This document shows, one piece after another, positions 1 through 13,654 of a DNA stretch of 64,000 nt. A model generated the notes under the pieces. That model was not told the origin of the DNA and did no database searches. It saw nothing but the letters and a program-made list of their open reading frames with translations. The translations under genes were made by a program, and so were the position numbers. Location of the stretch: contig OX597821.1 in NCBI GenBank assembly GCA_951406725.2, positions 90,582,001 to 90,646,000 of the forward strand, written 5' to 3'. Source of the stretch: Octopus vulgaris (taxonomy: Eukaryota). Each line of letters starts with the position of its first letter. Position 1 is the first letter of the stretch.

Positions 1-377
1 TCTTGAGTTCACTTCAAATATTTTTGAAACAACATTTTCATTTTTCTTTTAATTTTGCCTTTTTTTTTCTGTTGTTGATGTAAATTAAACTTTATTACAT
101 TTGAAACACAGCAGCCATGTTGTTTGGATTTAGCTGAAGCAAAATTTGATTGGTTGTACAAAGTCACATGCACAGTGTGGGTTACATGAATACTTCTATG
201 TCTGTATGGATAGAGGCACGAATATATGTATGTATATATGCCTGAATTTATGTATGTATGTACATATGTATATATGTATGTATGTATGTATGTATATATA
301 TGTATGTATACGTCTTTATATATAGATATATATACATACATATACATATAAATATATATACACACACACACAAATGC

Positions 378-427
<50 letters not shown>

Positions 428-747
428 TTATTTATGTACTTGCATATGTAATTATATATATAATTGTATGTGTATATATTTCAGGTGATATGTTGGATAA
501 CCATGTATGTAGTCTGAAAAATAATTAAAATTCTGGCAAAACCCAAACAACATAAACATCATTGAGGTAAAAATTCTCATTTCAACACACCACTGCCAAA
601 TGATAATGAGTTCTATGGAAAAATACGAAAAGGGAATGAAACAAAAAAAAAAAAAAAGAATTGAAAAATTCAAAATTTGTATTTTTAACTAAATATCTTT
701 AAATGTGTCTAAATTAAAATTCTAATAGTTATTTGAAATTAACAATG

Positions 748-785
<38 letters not shown>

Positions 786-878
786 ACTGTGTATGTATAT
801 GGGAATACATATAGATGGGCTTGCAAGAACATACACATTCATGCACACACATGCACACATACATTTGCATGTATGTAT

Positions 879-909
<31 letters not shown>

Positions 910-1171
910 CACGCATGCACAAAACATATATACACATACATACACAGACACACACACTTATATATACATATATATATATATCCATATACATATGTATGTA
1001 TGTATATATATGTAATTAAGATTATATGTATATATCCATAAGTACAACCCCATGTAAGCATGCTCAGAAGTAAACAGAACACATCTGTATCTGCATGTAT
1101 GATTGTTTATTTATTACTCTCTCTTTTCCTCCTTCATTTTTTTTTGGTGTATATATATATATATTATTATA

Positions 1172-1232
<61 letters not shown>

Positions 1233-1257
1233 TAACCATATATATATATATATATGA

Positions 1258-1289
<32 letters not shown>

Positions 1290-1290
1290 A

Positions 1291-1455
1291 GGTGCAGGAG
1301 TGGCTGTGTGGTAAGTAGCTAGGTAACCAACCACATGGTTCCGGGTTCAGTCCCACTGCGTGGCATCTTGGGCAAGTGTCTTCTGCTATAACCCCGGGCC
1401 GACCAATGCCTTGTGAGTGGATTTGGTAGACGGAAACTGAAAGAAGCCTGTTGTA
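1291..1455 (+). mobile_element. tRNA-derived SINE family A, 5' half
   Basis: GGAGTGGCTGTGTGGTAAG (A-box-like), GGGTTCAGTCCC (B-box-like), CORE-like CTTGGGCAAGTGTCTT; ends in (TA)n; near-identical to many other copies in the window. Confidence 0.85.
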
Positions 1456-1519
<64 letters not shown>

Positions 1520-1719
1520 GACCACGCTTATATATGTATATATGGAAACAGAGAGGCAAAAGTGAAGGAAAGAGGACGAATGAGAAGGGCAGAGGAGCTG
1601 TGTAGGTGCAAGTAGGTCTGTGTAGTAAAGAATGTTGCTTCAACATAACGAGGTTCTTGGTTCAATTCTGTGCACCTTGGGTGTCTTCAGCTATGGCTTT
1701 CATTTAGCATCGCAATATA

Positions 1720-1936
1720 TTGGTTTCAAATTTTGAGACAATCCCAGCAATTGTGAGGAAGGCGTAAGTCAATTGCATCAATCCCAGTACTTAAGTGGTA
1801 CTTATTTTGTTGATCCCAAAATGATGATTGGCTAAGTGGACCTTGGAAGAATTTGGACTTGAAATGTGAAGATAAATGAAATACCACTAAGCATTTTGCC
1901 CAGCATGGAAACAATTTTGCCAGCTCACTGCCTTAA
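1720..1936 (-). mobile_element. Diverged SINE family B (MetaSINE-like domain)
   Basis: Reverse complement resembles the 36687-36917 copy (GGCAGTGAGCTGGCA...AAAATGCTTAG...ATAAGTACC). Confidence 0.65.
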
Positions 1937-2286
1937 GGTGTCTCTATGTATTAGAACCTGTAACTGTAAGACATCATTTCATTTCCTCTGAATTCCCCCC
2001 AACTGACATCCATCCATCTTCCTTGGCATCTCTCCCACTCGTGTTTATCAATGACTAGCCACCCCTGTTCACCATTTACTACATTCTGTTTCCTTTATAC
2101 AGCAGTCCACATCCACCTCATATTCTTATACATTTGTCACTCCAAACTCACACTCTTGTTACTTTAGTTCAACTGATTCTCCTGGCAATATATACTCACT
2201 TCTATTCACCTTTGGACACACGAGGGTGTATTCTGCTACATTCTCACCATTATATTTACCTCACATGGTGACTCCACTCCAGCCAC

Positions 2287-2553
2287 ATCATCATTGTTTA
2301 GCGTCCGCTTTCCATGCTAGTATGGGTTGGACGGTTCAACTTGGGTCTGGGAAGCTAGAAGGCTGCACTAGGCCCAGTCTGATCTGGCAATGTTTCTACA
2401 GCTGGATGCCCTTCCTGACACCAACCACTCCGTGAGTGTAGTGGGTGCTTTTACGTTCCACTAGCACAGGTGCCAGACGAGGCTGGCAAACGGCCACGAT
2501 TGGTTTGTCAGCCTCGTCTGGCACCTGCGCCGGTGGCATGTAAAAGCACCCAC
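2287..2553 (-). mobile_element. RTE LINE 3' UTR fragment with 5' fold-back
   Basis: Same tail as the ORF-bearing RTE copy at 30002-30867, with a (GAT)n end; 51-bp inverted arms at 2441-2491 and 2503-2553. Confidence 0.85.
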
Positions 2554-3068
2554 ATCTACCCATTTAGAATGTAAGGTAGCCATGAATCTGCCCCACAACA
2601 AGTCTGTCTTTACTACACTCATCATATAACAACCCATCTAATGTGAGCACTCTATAGTATGCAACCGAGAGAAACGTCATGCTAGACATCCATAATATTG
2701 TTATTTATTTAATTTTTATCGTTTTAGTTAGTGAAGTGAGAAGAATGAAATATATTACATAATATCTATACATCCATTTAATTCAAATTTCTAGTCTTTT
2801 CCTTTTGTTTCAAGTATATCATCATTAATGTTCATATATGGCTCCTATTTCTATCTACTGAGATCTCTTCAAGACAGGGTAATTACATATCTACCTGCTA
2901 TTAATTACATAACATTGCATTGCGTCATTCACTCTATAGAGAGAGAAGGGCATATAGTTACGATATATAGTAAAAGAATTTCAGTAGGAGGAAATTGTTC
3001 TTGCTCATGATTCTGTAATTGTAAAGAGAGAGAGATGGAGGGGAGAAAGAGAGAGATGAACTTAATTT

Positions 3069-3447
3069 AAAAGCACCGTCCGAACGTGGCCGATGCCAGC
3101 ACTGCGTCGACTGGCTCCAGTGCCAGTGGCACATAAAAAGCACCATCCGAACGTGGCCATTGCCAGCGCCGCCTTGGCTGGCTTCCGTGCCAGTGGCACG
3201 TTAAAAGCTCCAACCGATCGTGGCCGATGCCGGACCCCCCTCCCCCATCACCTGTGCAGGTGGCACGTAAAAAGCACCCACTACACTCGCGGAGTGGTTG
3301 GCGTTAGGAAGGGCATCAAGCTGTAGAAACACTGCCAGATCAGACTGGAGCCTGGTGCAGCCCCTGGCTTCCCAGACCCCGGTTGAACCGTTCAACCTGT
3401 GCTAGCACAGAAAACGCACATTAAAGGATGATGATGATGATGATGAT
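3069..3447 (+). mobile_element. RTE LINE 3' UTR fragment
   Basis: Three GTGC-N-RGTG-GCAC-A-rich modules, TTGGCGTTAGGAAGGGCATC, (GAT)n tail. Confidence 0.85.
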
Positions 3448-4060
3448 TTGATATATCGTTTAGAGCTATTGAAAATTATGTTTACCTCACCTTTTTACCT
3501 GTTATTCTATGAAAAACTGTTTATTATAAATAATCCTGTTCCTTTGCCAACAGCAACTGTTTCTATTGCTTGCATTAGCTTGGTAAAGGAATAGTATACA
3601 GCACAAGAGAACAGACTGACCACAGTTTTATGCTTAGACTTTTCAGTGGATTGACAGAAAATAGATTTTTAAATTAAGTTTTTCTCAACATAAGATTAAA
3701 TTTAGATATACAAAATAAAGACAGTTTTTCCCCGGGGATTATCCAAGTGCATTTGCATTGTGAAAGAACCCTCTGCAGGTCCTTTAAAAATACATTTGTC
3801 TAATGAGACAACAGCCTGCTGATAGAGGAATGGTTCTCAGCAATCAGCGATGAAATCTATCTTGTTTATAACAAAACATTGATTATTGTAATCCAGGAAA
3901 CAAGCTTCAATAAAATATCAGAATTATTGAATTATCATAGGTATACTTCAAAGTATTTCATAAGTAATTTTTGTTACTTGATAACTGAAGACTATTGAAC
4001 TGATCCATTTAGATTCTAGACCTTAACTGCTATTCCTTTTGAGCTTATATTGACTATAAC

Positions 4061-4227
4061 AGGAGTGGCTGTGTGGTAAGTAGCTTGCTTACCAACCACA
4101 TGGTTCCGGGTTCAGTCCCACTGCGTGACATCTTGGGCAAGTGTCTTCTGCTATAGCCCCAGGCCGACCAATGCCTTGTGAGTGGATTTGGTAGACGGAA
4201 ACTGAAAGAAGCCTGTCGTATATATGG

Positions 4228-4286
<59 letters not shown>

Positions 4287-4491
4287 TGTGTCTGTGTTTG
4301 TCCCCCTAGCATTGCTTGACAACCGATGCTGGTGTGTTTACGTCTCTGTCACTTAGCGGTTCGGCAAAACAGACCGATAGAATAAGTACTGGGCTTACAA
4401 AGAATAAGTCCCGGGGTCGATTTGCTCGACTAAAGGCGGTGCTCCAGCATGGCTGCAGTCAAATGACTGAAACATGTAAAAGAGTAAAGAG
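4061..4491 (+). mobile_element. Full-length SINE family A
   Basis: tRNA-like head, internal (TA)n(TG)n, 3' GGCGGTGCTCCAGCATGG...AAAGAGTAAAGAG; TSD TATAACAG at 4055-4062 and 4492-4499. Confidence 0.9.
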
Positions 4492-4874
4492 TATAACAGT
4501 TTCCCAGAGTAATCTTGCCCTTTCTTTCAATAAATTTATCTTTCAAGACAGAAAAAGTGTTATTTAAAATGCATCGTGATATTTGTTCTGGCTGTCTTCA
4601 CTCTGAGAACGAATCCTGTTGAGATCAACATGGTTTTTCCCTACTTTCTTTTAAAAAGAAAGAAAAACGTTCTAATCCAGGGCAAATGATTGGCGAAACT
4701 GTTAGAGGAAGTCTCTTGCATTATCGTTCAGGTTCTTTGAATTTGACACCAATGCTTTCCGTGATGCTGGTACCAAGCTGTATTGATCCAAGTTGGTGGC
4801 CTTTTCCTTAGAAAAGTGTCCTGGAGAAGGAAGACTTATATGCATAGCTAACTATTATTCTTTCTAAAGATAAC

Positions 4875-5272
4875 TGGGCCAGAACTGGGCACCACTGTAT
4901 AGTGCCAAGGACTCTAAATTTGCCATCAAGATGTAGGACGAGATACTGTGATAGCCTGGGCTTCAGAGGCCCACAGCCCTTCAATATTCTCTCGAAGAAC
5001 CTAAGAGACCTGCATGGAGTGGATGCAGATGTCTTTAAAATAAAACTGAATCTCTTCTTGTCAGGTGTCCCAGATGAACCAACTTTACGGCAGGAGGTGC
5101 AGATGAGGGCAGCTGCATCAAACTCTCTCATGCACCAAATGGCAGTTGCTAAAAAGTATTCGTGAAGTAAAATCATGTAGTAACACAAAATGGCGGTGCC
5201 CCAGCATGGCCACAGCTTGTGAGCTTAAACTAGATTAAAATAATAAATGAAAAATAAAATAAAATAAAAAAA
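4875..5272 (+). mobile_element. CR1-like LINE 3' end (ORF2 C-terminus plus tail)
   Basis: Translation ...RGPQPFNILSKNLRDLHGVDADVFKIKLNLFLSGVPDEPT...AAASNSL, typical of CR1/L2-group ORF2 ends; A-rich tail; second copy at 20424-20737. Confidence 0.8.
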
Positions 5273-7089
5273 CATTTTTTTTAAAGGAAAAAGGTAGAGG
5301 TCAAAAGAAAGGGAGAAAAGACATCAATGCAACACCAATCTTGTCTAGGCCTACTCATTCGTGTTCAGATATATGGTCATCGTTGACCAATGGATGGCAT
5401 ACAGTTATCTTCTTTATATGACTGAATTTAGTGTGATTTTAAATTTCGAGTATTTTCAATATAAACTGTGCATGTTTTGAAAATGTTTTCATTCACCTAT
5501 GAATATATATATTAATATTGTTTATATCATTTATCTACTTTCTTTATATCACAAATTTTTACGTTCCAAGTTTTCTTATATCCTCAATAATTTTTGATAC
5601 TATAATACCACCACCACCACCACCACTACTATTAATACTACTACTACTAAAGATCAATTAATTAATTAATTAATTGATTTCTCTACAATGTTTCCTTTTT
5701 CCTTATCTAATTCTTTAAACATGCACATTCCTTCTTCCGCAAGCTTTTCTAACAACACCCACTCTTTCTATTTCTCTCTCTCTCTCTCTCTCCCCCTCTC
5801 TCTTCCTTCCTCCCTCTCTCACTCTCTCTCTCCATTCCCTCTTTACACCTGCCTGCTCTATTTTTCCCATTTTTCCCTTACATTATCTTTTCCTACACCT
5901 CCACATCCTACCATGTTTCTTCCTCCCTATGGCACTCTCATCCTTCTTATCATCATCCCTCTTTTCTTCTTTCTTTTTCTCTTTCTTTTCTTCCTTCATC
6001 CATTTCTCCCTTCCACCCACTTTGTCACATTCTGCTCTTCTACTCTTTCACATTGCCTACTAAACACTCTCCTCATTCTATTTTATTTATGTACATATTT
6101 TTCATAGTTTTCATATTCATCATACCAAAACATATATTTTCTTCAATATTTGTGGCAGATTTCACCCAATAAATATTTACCTTGTACTTCAAATACTTTG
6201 TCTTTAAGTATTTTATTGGTGTTCTATTTTTACCATAGCATTGCAAGTTTGAAAACAAGAAACTGAAAGTAAAGATTTGTGATAATTTATTTCTCAAAGA
6301 AATTATATATATATATAACACCTACGCAAATTTTATAAACTAAACATTCAAAAGAAATATTTTCATGAATTGAACAGCGACTGTGGTGGGTCATTTTCAG
6401 GGCAGCTGACCATTCAACATACTACTGTCATGGCACTCCTACATTCTTCTTCTTCTTCTTCTTCTTCCCTTCCAAGAATTCACAATGATCTTGAACCCAC
6501 AAGAGTAAACAAGAGAGACAAAGACAGGCAGAAACAAGGAAAAAGCCACTTGTATTTGAAAACTATACAAATATTCTTTTAAAAAACTTTTCTTTTAATT
6601 TTTCTAAATTTAATTGTTTAATTGTTACAGTTGAAAATGTCTCAATGACTGAAACGGGTACTGAAATGTTTTTAATAAAATTATTTTAGCATTATCTATC
6701 TTGACTTTTTTTCCACACATATATATATATGTACCCTAGACCAATGCAGCAATATATATTGAAGCTACTTTTGTCAAAAAGATAAGGCAAGCAATGAGTA
6801 CATATTGTAGAGTGTATTGTTTAATTAAATTAAATTCCTTTTCTGTAACATAAGTTTCATTCTATATCAATCTTCAGGCAAGAACAGTTATTACCATCTT
6901 TTCTTTCTAGCAGTATGGATTGTTTTTTTACTAATACTACTTGATTCTTTTGGTAGCTTTCATGTGTTCCTTTTGCATGTTGTTCCTTAGTACATCCTTA
7001 GTGGTTGTTATTTCATTGGTTCATCATTTTGTTTTGTTATTCTATTTTGTCATTGTGCTTTATTAGATTTTCACCAGTCTAATGCTGGC

Positions 7090-7130
<41 letters not shown>

Positions 7131-7170
7131 TAAAGCATATATATATGTATATAATTATGCATGTATGTAT

Positions 7171-7390
<220 letters not shown>

Positions 7391-9249
7391 AATGGCAGAC
7401 TCAAAAGACTTTTTATGATCCACAAGGATCAGAACTTAACTGCAGCTCTTGGTGGATACGCAATTATGTCAGATATGCAATTACGTCGGATATGCAATTT
7501 ATGTGGGTGTCTTTTCAAAACAGTGGTTTAAAAGGCTGCATCAAACACCATGGTGGATCTAAGGTGTAAGCACAGGAGGTCGTCAGACTCTGCATAAGGA
7601 GTAGAAGACCACCATATCATATGTCTATATATATATATTTATTCATTAACACACAAACATACACATATATTATATATGTGTGCATTAATGTAAATATGTA
7701 GATTATTTGAAGTGAAGCAGAGCTAGATATAAATGAGAAAACCATGATATTACATGTTAGATTCAAAGTACTAAAAACAAATAAGATTCAATGCTTAAAA
7801 CTTTTACCATATATTTTAATATTTCCGTTTTCCAAACGTATTTACACAACAATTACATTCTGAATATGAGAAAATAAAAAAAAAAAGAATTTAAGAAGTT
7901 TGCAGCAGTGTACATTAGCTAGACTGGACCCTAAATGGCTACAGGAAATGAGTGAGATAAATATAAATTAAGACAGGACATCAAACACGATCTTAAACTG
8001 AATGTCCATAGACAGCAATTTGCACAGACTTTCTAAGAATATGAATTACCAATGATGTTCATCTACTTAAGAACATAGCAACCAGTAAACGGATGTTTAA
8101 ATGTGTTAGTTTCCTACAAGGGAACAGAAAATAAAACATTTAGAGCTGTGCTATTATCTTTATGAATGTAAAGTCTATATAATCTACAACAGTATTTTGT
8201 GCATTTTTCTCACAATTCACCTTTATTTCATCTCATCATTGTAATCTTACGGAGAAGGAAAACATGTGTGAACTTCAACTGACTTGGATATTTATTAGAT
8301 TCGTTCTTTTATTTCACTTTGTCTTTAACATTGCATGCATCTACCATTATTCTCTCTATCCAAAATAGCCATCCACCGAAAATTTCAATCCACTTTATTT
8401 CTTTGACAGATTATTTGGATAAGGCTGGTATGTCAGAAACTATATAATCTAGACAGTCTAGTATTTTAGACTGTCAATACTAAACAAATTAATAGAAATT
8501 TTTTCAAAAAGAAATTTTGACGTTTTTGTCAGTTATTTAGATATATGTTGGGCAGACAAGAGTAGTAGAAACTACACAATCAATTACACAGAAAATATAT
8601 CTACACCTGAAACAAAATTCTATGATTATTAAATATTATAGGTGATATAGTGGCATAACTGCAGTGGTATCCATAGTCCCATGACTATGCTCTCAAAAGA
8701 TAAATCCAATATAATTCTAAATAGTTATCAAAATTCACTTCTATAAGTGACAGGTTTCCATTTTTCTATCCTGTGTGAGATATATATTTCTTCATTTTAC
8801 AGAAACTGGATATATGTACCAGCTTCAATACTCTTTGTAGTATGGTAAAGATTAGCATATCTTTTGAAACATGCCAAATACTTTCAATGAAACAACTTTC
8901 ACAAATTTTTACTTTAGTTTCTATATCTCATAAATTACTTCACGTATGACTTAGAAATATCTTCTGGAGTCGCCAGTATAATGTCCTCTGTAGTGTTTAT
9001 CTATGCTAGACTTTGAATATGGCATCACTCCTCTGTGTATTTGAAGTTGGTGTTGATTCATCTGTAGCAGGACAATGGGGTGGCAGAAAAGTTAAAACAT
9101 CCATGAAATTGTTTTGCATTATTTGTTTTGGGTCTTCATGTTATGAGTTCAAATCCTGACGAAGTTGTCTTTGCTTGTTGTTCTTTTGGGATCACTCACT
9201 TTCTAAATGTAGTTTACAAATGTATATGCACAACTGGCCCGTTAAAAAC

Positions 9250-9705
9250 AACCTTCGGCTTGTTGGGTGATATGCTGAGCTTGTGAAGACCTGTCAAACC
9301 GAGTGAAATCGTAGTCATGGATGATGCCAGAGCTGTCTGACTGGCACCCATGCTGGTGGCATACAAAAAGCACCGTTCGAGTATTGGGCTTCATGGAGGC
9401 AGTGACAGGTGACCAAGACCTTTGGCGATATACCGTGTCTGTGTAGACCTGTCAAGCTAAGTAAGACCATAGCCGTGGCTGTTGCTGGTGTCAGGTCAAT
9501 GGCACCCATGCCGGTGGCCACATAGAAGAAGCACACACACTACACTCTCAGAGTGGTTGGCATTTAAGAAGGGCACCCAGCTGTAGAAACCTTGTCAAAT
9601 CAGATCAGAACTTAGTGCAACTCCCCGGCTTACTAGTTTTCAATCAAACCATCCAAATCATGGAAAGCAGACGTTAAATGATGATGATGATGATGATGAT
9701 GATGA
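9250..9705 (+). mobile_element. Diverged RTE 3' end with duplicated ORF-end/UTR segment
   Basis: GDQDLWRYTV-like ORF end, AGACCTGTCAA repeated, tail GAAGGGCACCCAGCTGTAGAAAC, (GAT)n. Confidence 0.7.
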
Positions 9706-9760
9706 GGAGGAGGAGGAGGATAAAAATGTATATGGTTAATTTTAATGCAGAATAACACTA

Positions 9761-10062
9761 TGAAGGTCTGTGGCTCAGTGGTTAGGGTATTTGGCTAATG
9801 ACCATAAGGTTGTGAGTTGAATTCCCAGTGACGTGTTGTGTCCTTGAGCAAGATACTTTATTTCACATTGCTCCACTCCACTCAAATGGCAAAAAAGGAG
9901 TAGTAGCTGAAATTCAAAGGGCCAGCCATGTCACACTCTGTGTCACACTGAATCCCCCTGAGAACTATGTTAAGGGTACATGTGTCTGTGGAGTACTCAA
10001 TTAGGTTGTTCTTCTTCATTGGATCAACTGGAACTCTTGTTGTCATGACCAACGGAGTGCCA
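9761..10062 (+). mobile_element. tRNA-derived SINE family C (V-domain-like centre)
   Basis: TGGCTCAGTGGTTAG A-box, GAGTTGAATTCC B-box-like, GTGTCCTTGAGCAAG; 3' half shared with 63273-63666. Confidence 0.75.
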
Positions 10063-10149
10063 GAGTAACACTGAGACAAAGAACCCTCAAGAAAACATGT
10101 TGGTGCAATAATTAAAGGATTCAGTAGAGCAATCAGTCTAAATACACTC

Positions 10150-10532
10150 TCTCTTTTTCTTTTACTTGTTTCAGTCATTTGACTGCAGCCATGCTGGACC
10201 ACCGCCTTTAGTCGAGCACATCGACCCCAGGACTTATTTTTTGGAAGCCTAGTACTTATTCTATCGGTCACTTTTGCCGAACCGCTAAGTGACGGGGACG
10301 TAAACACACCAGCATCGGTTGTCAAGCAATGCTAGGGGGACAAACACAGACACACAAACATACACACAAATACATATATATATATATTTACATATATACC
10401 AAGTCCACTCACAAGGCATTGGTAGGCCTGAGGCTACCAATGCCTTTACTTACCCAAGATGCCATGCAGTGGGACTGAACCCAGACCCATGTGGTTGGTA
10501 AGCAAGCTACTTACCACACAGCCACACCTGCG
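10150..10532 (-). mobile_element. SINE family A
   Basis: Reverse complement of the 4061-4491 type, with a small internal deletion. Confidence 0.88.
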
Positions 10533-10737
10533 ACTATATTTAGGCAGAATATTTAGTATAGTTAGACTCACTGATACAATCAATATCAGATTGCTTACAC
10601 ATCTATAACCATAAAAATTATAACCTGGTGATCTGGATTGTTATTCTTTAACCTGAAGTCAGACCCGATCCAGTAAAAATGACCAAATATATTTAAGCCT
10701 CAACAATTTTTTTGTTCATTTTCATTTCTACATTATT

Positions 10738-11226
<489 letters not shown>

Positions 11227-11523
11227 CCCCAATTTTTTTTTTTTTTTTGACAGTGCAGCTTCAGCTAATTTGTCATCTGTATCATTTCTTTTATTAAGTT
11301 CACAAATTGTGATTTGAGGGAGAGTTGCTGTTGTTTCTAGCTGAATTGACATTTTTTGGCTCTGGTGGTGTAGATTTGGCGATAAGTGTATGAGATAAAT
11401 TGTGTAACACACCTTAGAGCATATGGATGCATTTATTCTATATAAGAATATATTTTTAGACAAGCATCAAAATACATTATTCATACCTTTCCTTTCTTCA
11501 ATCCACGTAGTTAAGCTGTTGTA

Positions 11524-11563
<40 letters not shown>

Positions 11564-12344
11564 TTATTTTTCGTTCTGCAGGATGAATTGTGCTTCCAAT
11601 ATTGAAGAGAATGACTCAATTAAAAGATTTATTCCTCAACGTTCTGGAAATTTCTTGCAGTAATGGAATTTTAGCCACGCTGCAAATCAAACCGATTCAT
11701 CCAAAGTGTGATATTCAAATTCTCATGACATGAATTTGTATCCATTTATAAAGATTTTTTTTCCCCTCTTTCTTTTCATTTTCTCTTCTTTCCCTTCACC
11801 ATCAATGTTATCCTTCAAGGGCCTGTTGATTAGACAGCAAGATTAAATGTGTTTCTGCATCAAAAACATAGTGACTCCCTGTTCTGAGATCAATTCCTGT
11901 TTGGATTGAGCCGGCCTTTCACACATGGGTTAATATAACTGACTAAAGTTGATTTTTTTTTTTCTACCAAGAACAATACTGCATTTTTACATAATACTCT
12001 GCTATACACAAGCCATCAAGAGGGTCTGTATGTGGACGTTCGACTTGCTGGAAATAACAGCTAAATCTCACTTAAATCACACACTGATATTTAAAAAATA
12101 AAACAAAGATGCTTGCCTAAAGCTGCTATGGATCACGGATCAGTGATAGGAAACTATTTTAATAAGAAGTATTGAAATTTTAATTATGTTAATAATACTG
12201 TTATTGTAGTATCACTTACACCATCATAATTTTTTAAGGACCCCCTTTCTATGCTTGCAAGGGTCAAATGGATTTTATACGAGGCTAATTTTCTATGGCT
12301 AGAAGCTCTCCTTGTTGCGAATTCTTAACTATTTCCAAACAAGG

Positions 12345-13045
12345 CAAAAGAGACCGATAGAATAAGTACTAGGCTTTGCTCGACTAAAGGCGGTGCTCCA
12401 GCATGGCCACAGTCAAATGTCTGAAACAAGTAAAAGAGTAAAAGAGAAAAAGGTAATATTTTCTCGTGGCCAAACATGATCTCACAGAGCAATGAAAATG
12501 AATGACAATGTTTCTATGACAGTCATTTACCTGATGTGAAAGCAAAGAGACAGGAACACTCATATGCATACACATATATCTAAATACGACAGGCTTCTTT
12601 CAGTTTCCATCTACCAAATTCACCCACAAGGCTTTGGTCAGCCTGAGGTTATAGTAGAAGGCACTTGCCCAATGTACCATGTAATGGGATTGAACCCTAA
12701 CCCATGAGTATGCAACTGAGAAGCAAACTTCTTACCACGAATGTATACCTCCACTTATAAGCCCTTATGCCTTTGTATACACGTATTTTAGCTTTGGGTA
12801 AATGTTTAGAGATAAGCTTTTTATAGCATGTTAGAGTAGGTAGATACTCTTTAAAAACCATTTCATGCCACCTGAAAACTCATAGCATATTATTGCTGAT
12901 ACATGTGTCTTTGTAAGCCTAGTACTTATTTTATCAGTCTCTCTTGCCGAACCGGTAGGTTACGGGGATATAAACACACCAGCATCAGTTGTCAAATGAT
13001 GTTGGGTGGGACAAACACAAACATATACATACATACATACATACA

Positions 13046-13079
<34 letters not shown>

Positions 13080-13150
13080 CATACATATACATATATTTAT
13101 ATACATATATGACGGGCTTCTTTTCAGTTTACATGTACCAAATCTTCACA
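12345..13150. mobile_element. Cluster of SINE A fragments nested with an older repeat
   Basis: 3' tail (+) at 12345-12450, 5' half (-) at 12590-12740, partial copy (-) at 12910-13150. Confidence 0.7.
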
Positions 13151-13364
13151 ATTCCTGAAAACAGTTAGGGGTTATTATAGCTCTTTAAATGTTTCCTTAG
13201 TCAGGACAAAATCTGAAACTCAACAGTAACTACATTATACTGTTTCCACACACTCTGCTTCCCTATTACTCTATTGCACTATACTTCTACATTATTCAGC
13301 TATATATTACATCACTGTACTTCTTCATTACCCTAGGCTATACTGTCAAATTATATTTCTATGT

Positions 13365-13612
13365 TATAAAGTGGTTGGCATTTGGAAGGGCATCCAGCTG
13401 TAAAAGCCATGCAGAAACTGAATTCGCATGTGCTTGTGCCATGTAAAAAGCACTCAGTCCATTCTGCTGGGTGGTTGGTGTTAGGAAGGGCATCCAGCCA
13501 TAAAATCCCTGCCACAACAGACACAGAAGTCTGATGCAGTCCTGCCTGGCCAGCTCCTGCCAGGCCAGACCATCCAATCCAGCATGGAAGTCAGATGTAA
13601 AACAATGATAAC

Positions 13613-13652
<40 letters not shown>
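13365..13652 (+). mobile_element. RTE-type 3' tail, partly duplicated
   Basis: GGAAGGGCATCCAGC occurs twice; ends in (GAT)n. Confidence 0.75.

Positions 13653-13654
<2 letters not shown>

Noticed and set aside
7394-7593. Possible hammerhead on the minus strand (GCAGAGU-CUGACGA...)
   Set aside because: No GAAA in register and a G at the cleavage position; too degenerate to call.
11570-11665. Acceptor-like TTCTGCAG followed by MNCASNIEENDSIKRFIPQRSGNFLQ*
   Set aside because: No recognisable homology and no partner exon; other short exon-like stretches (17768-17910, 37774-38019, 46765-46791) were rejected for the same reason.
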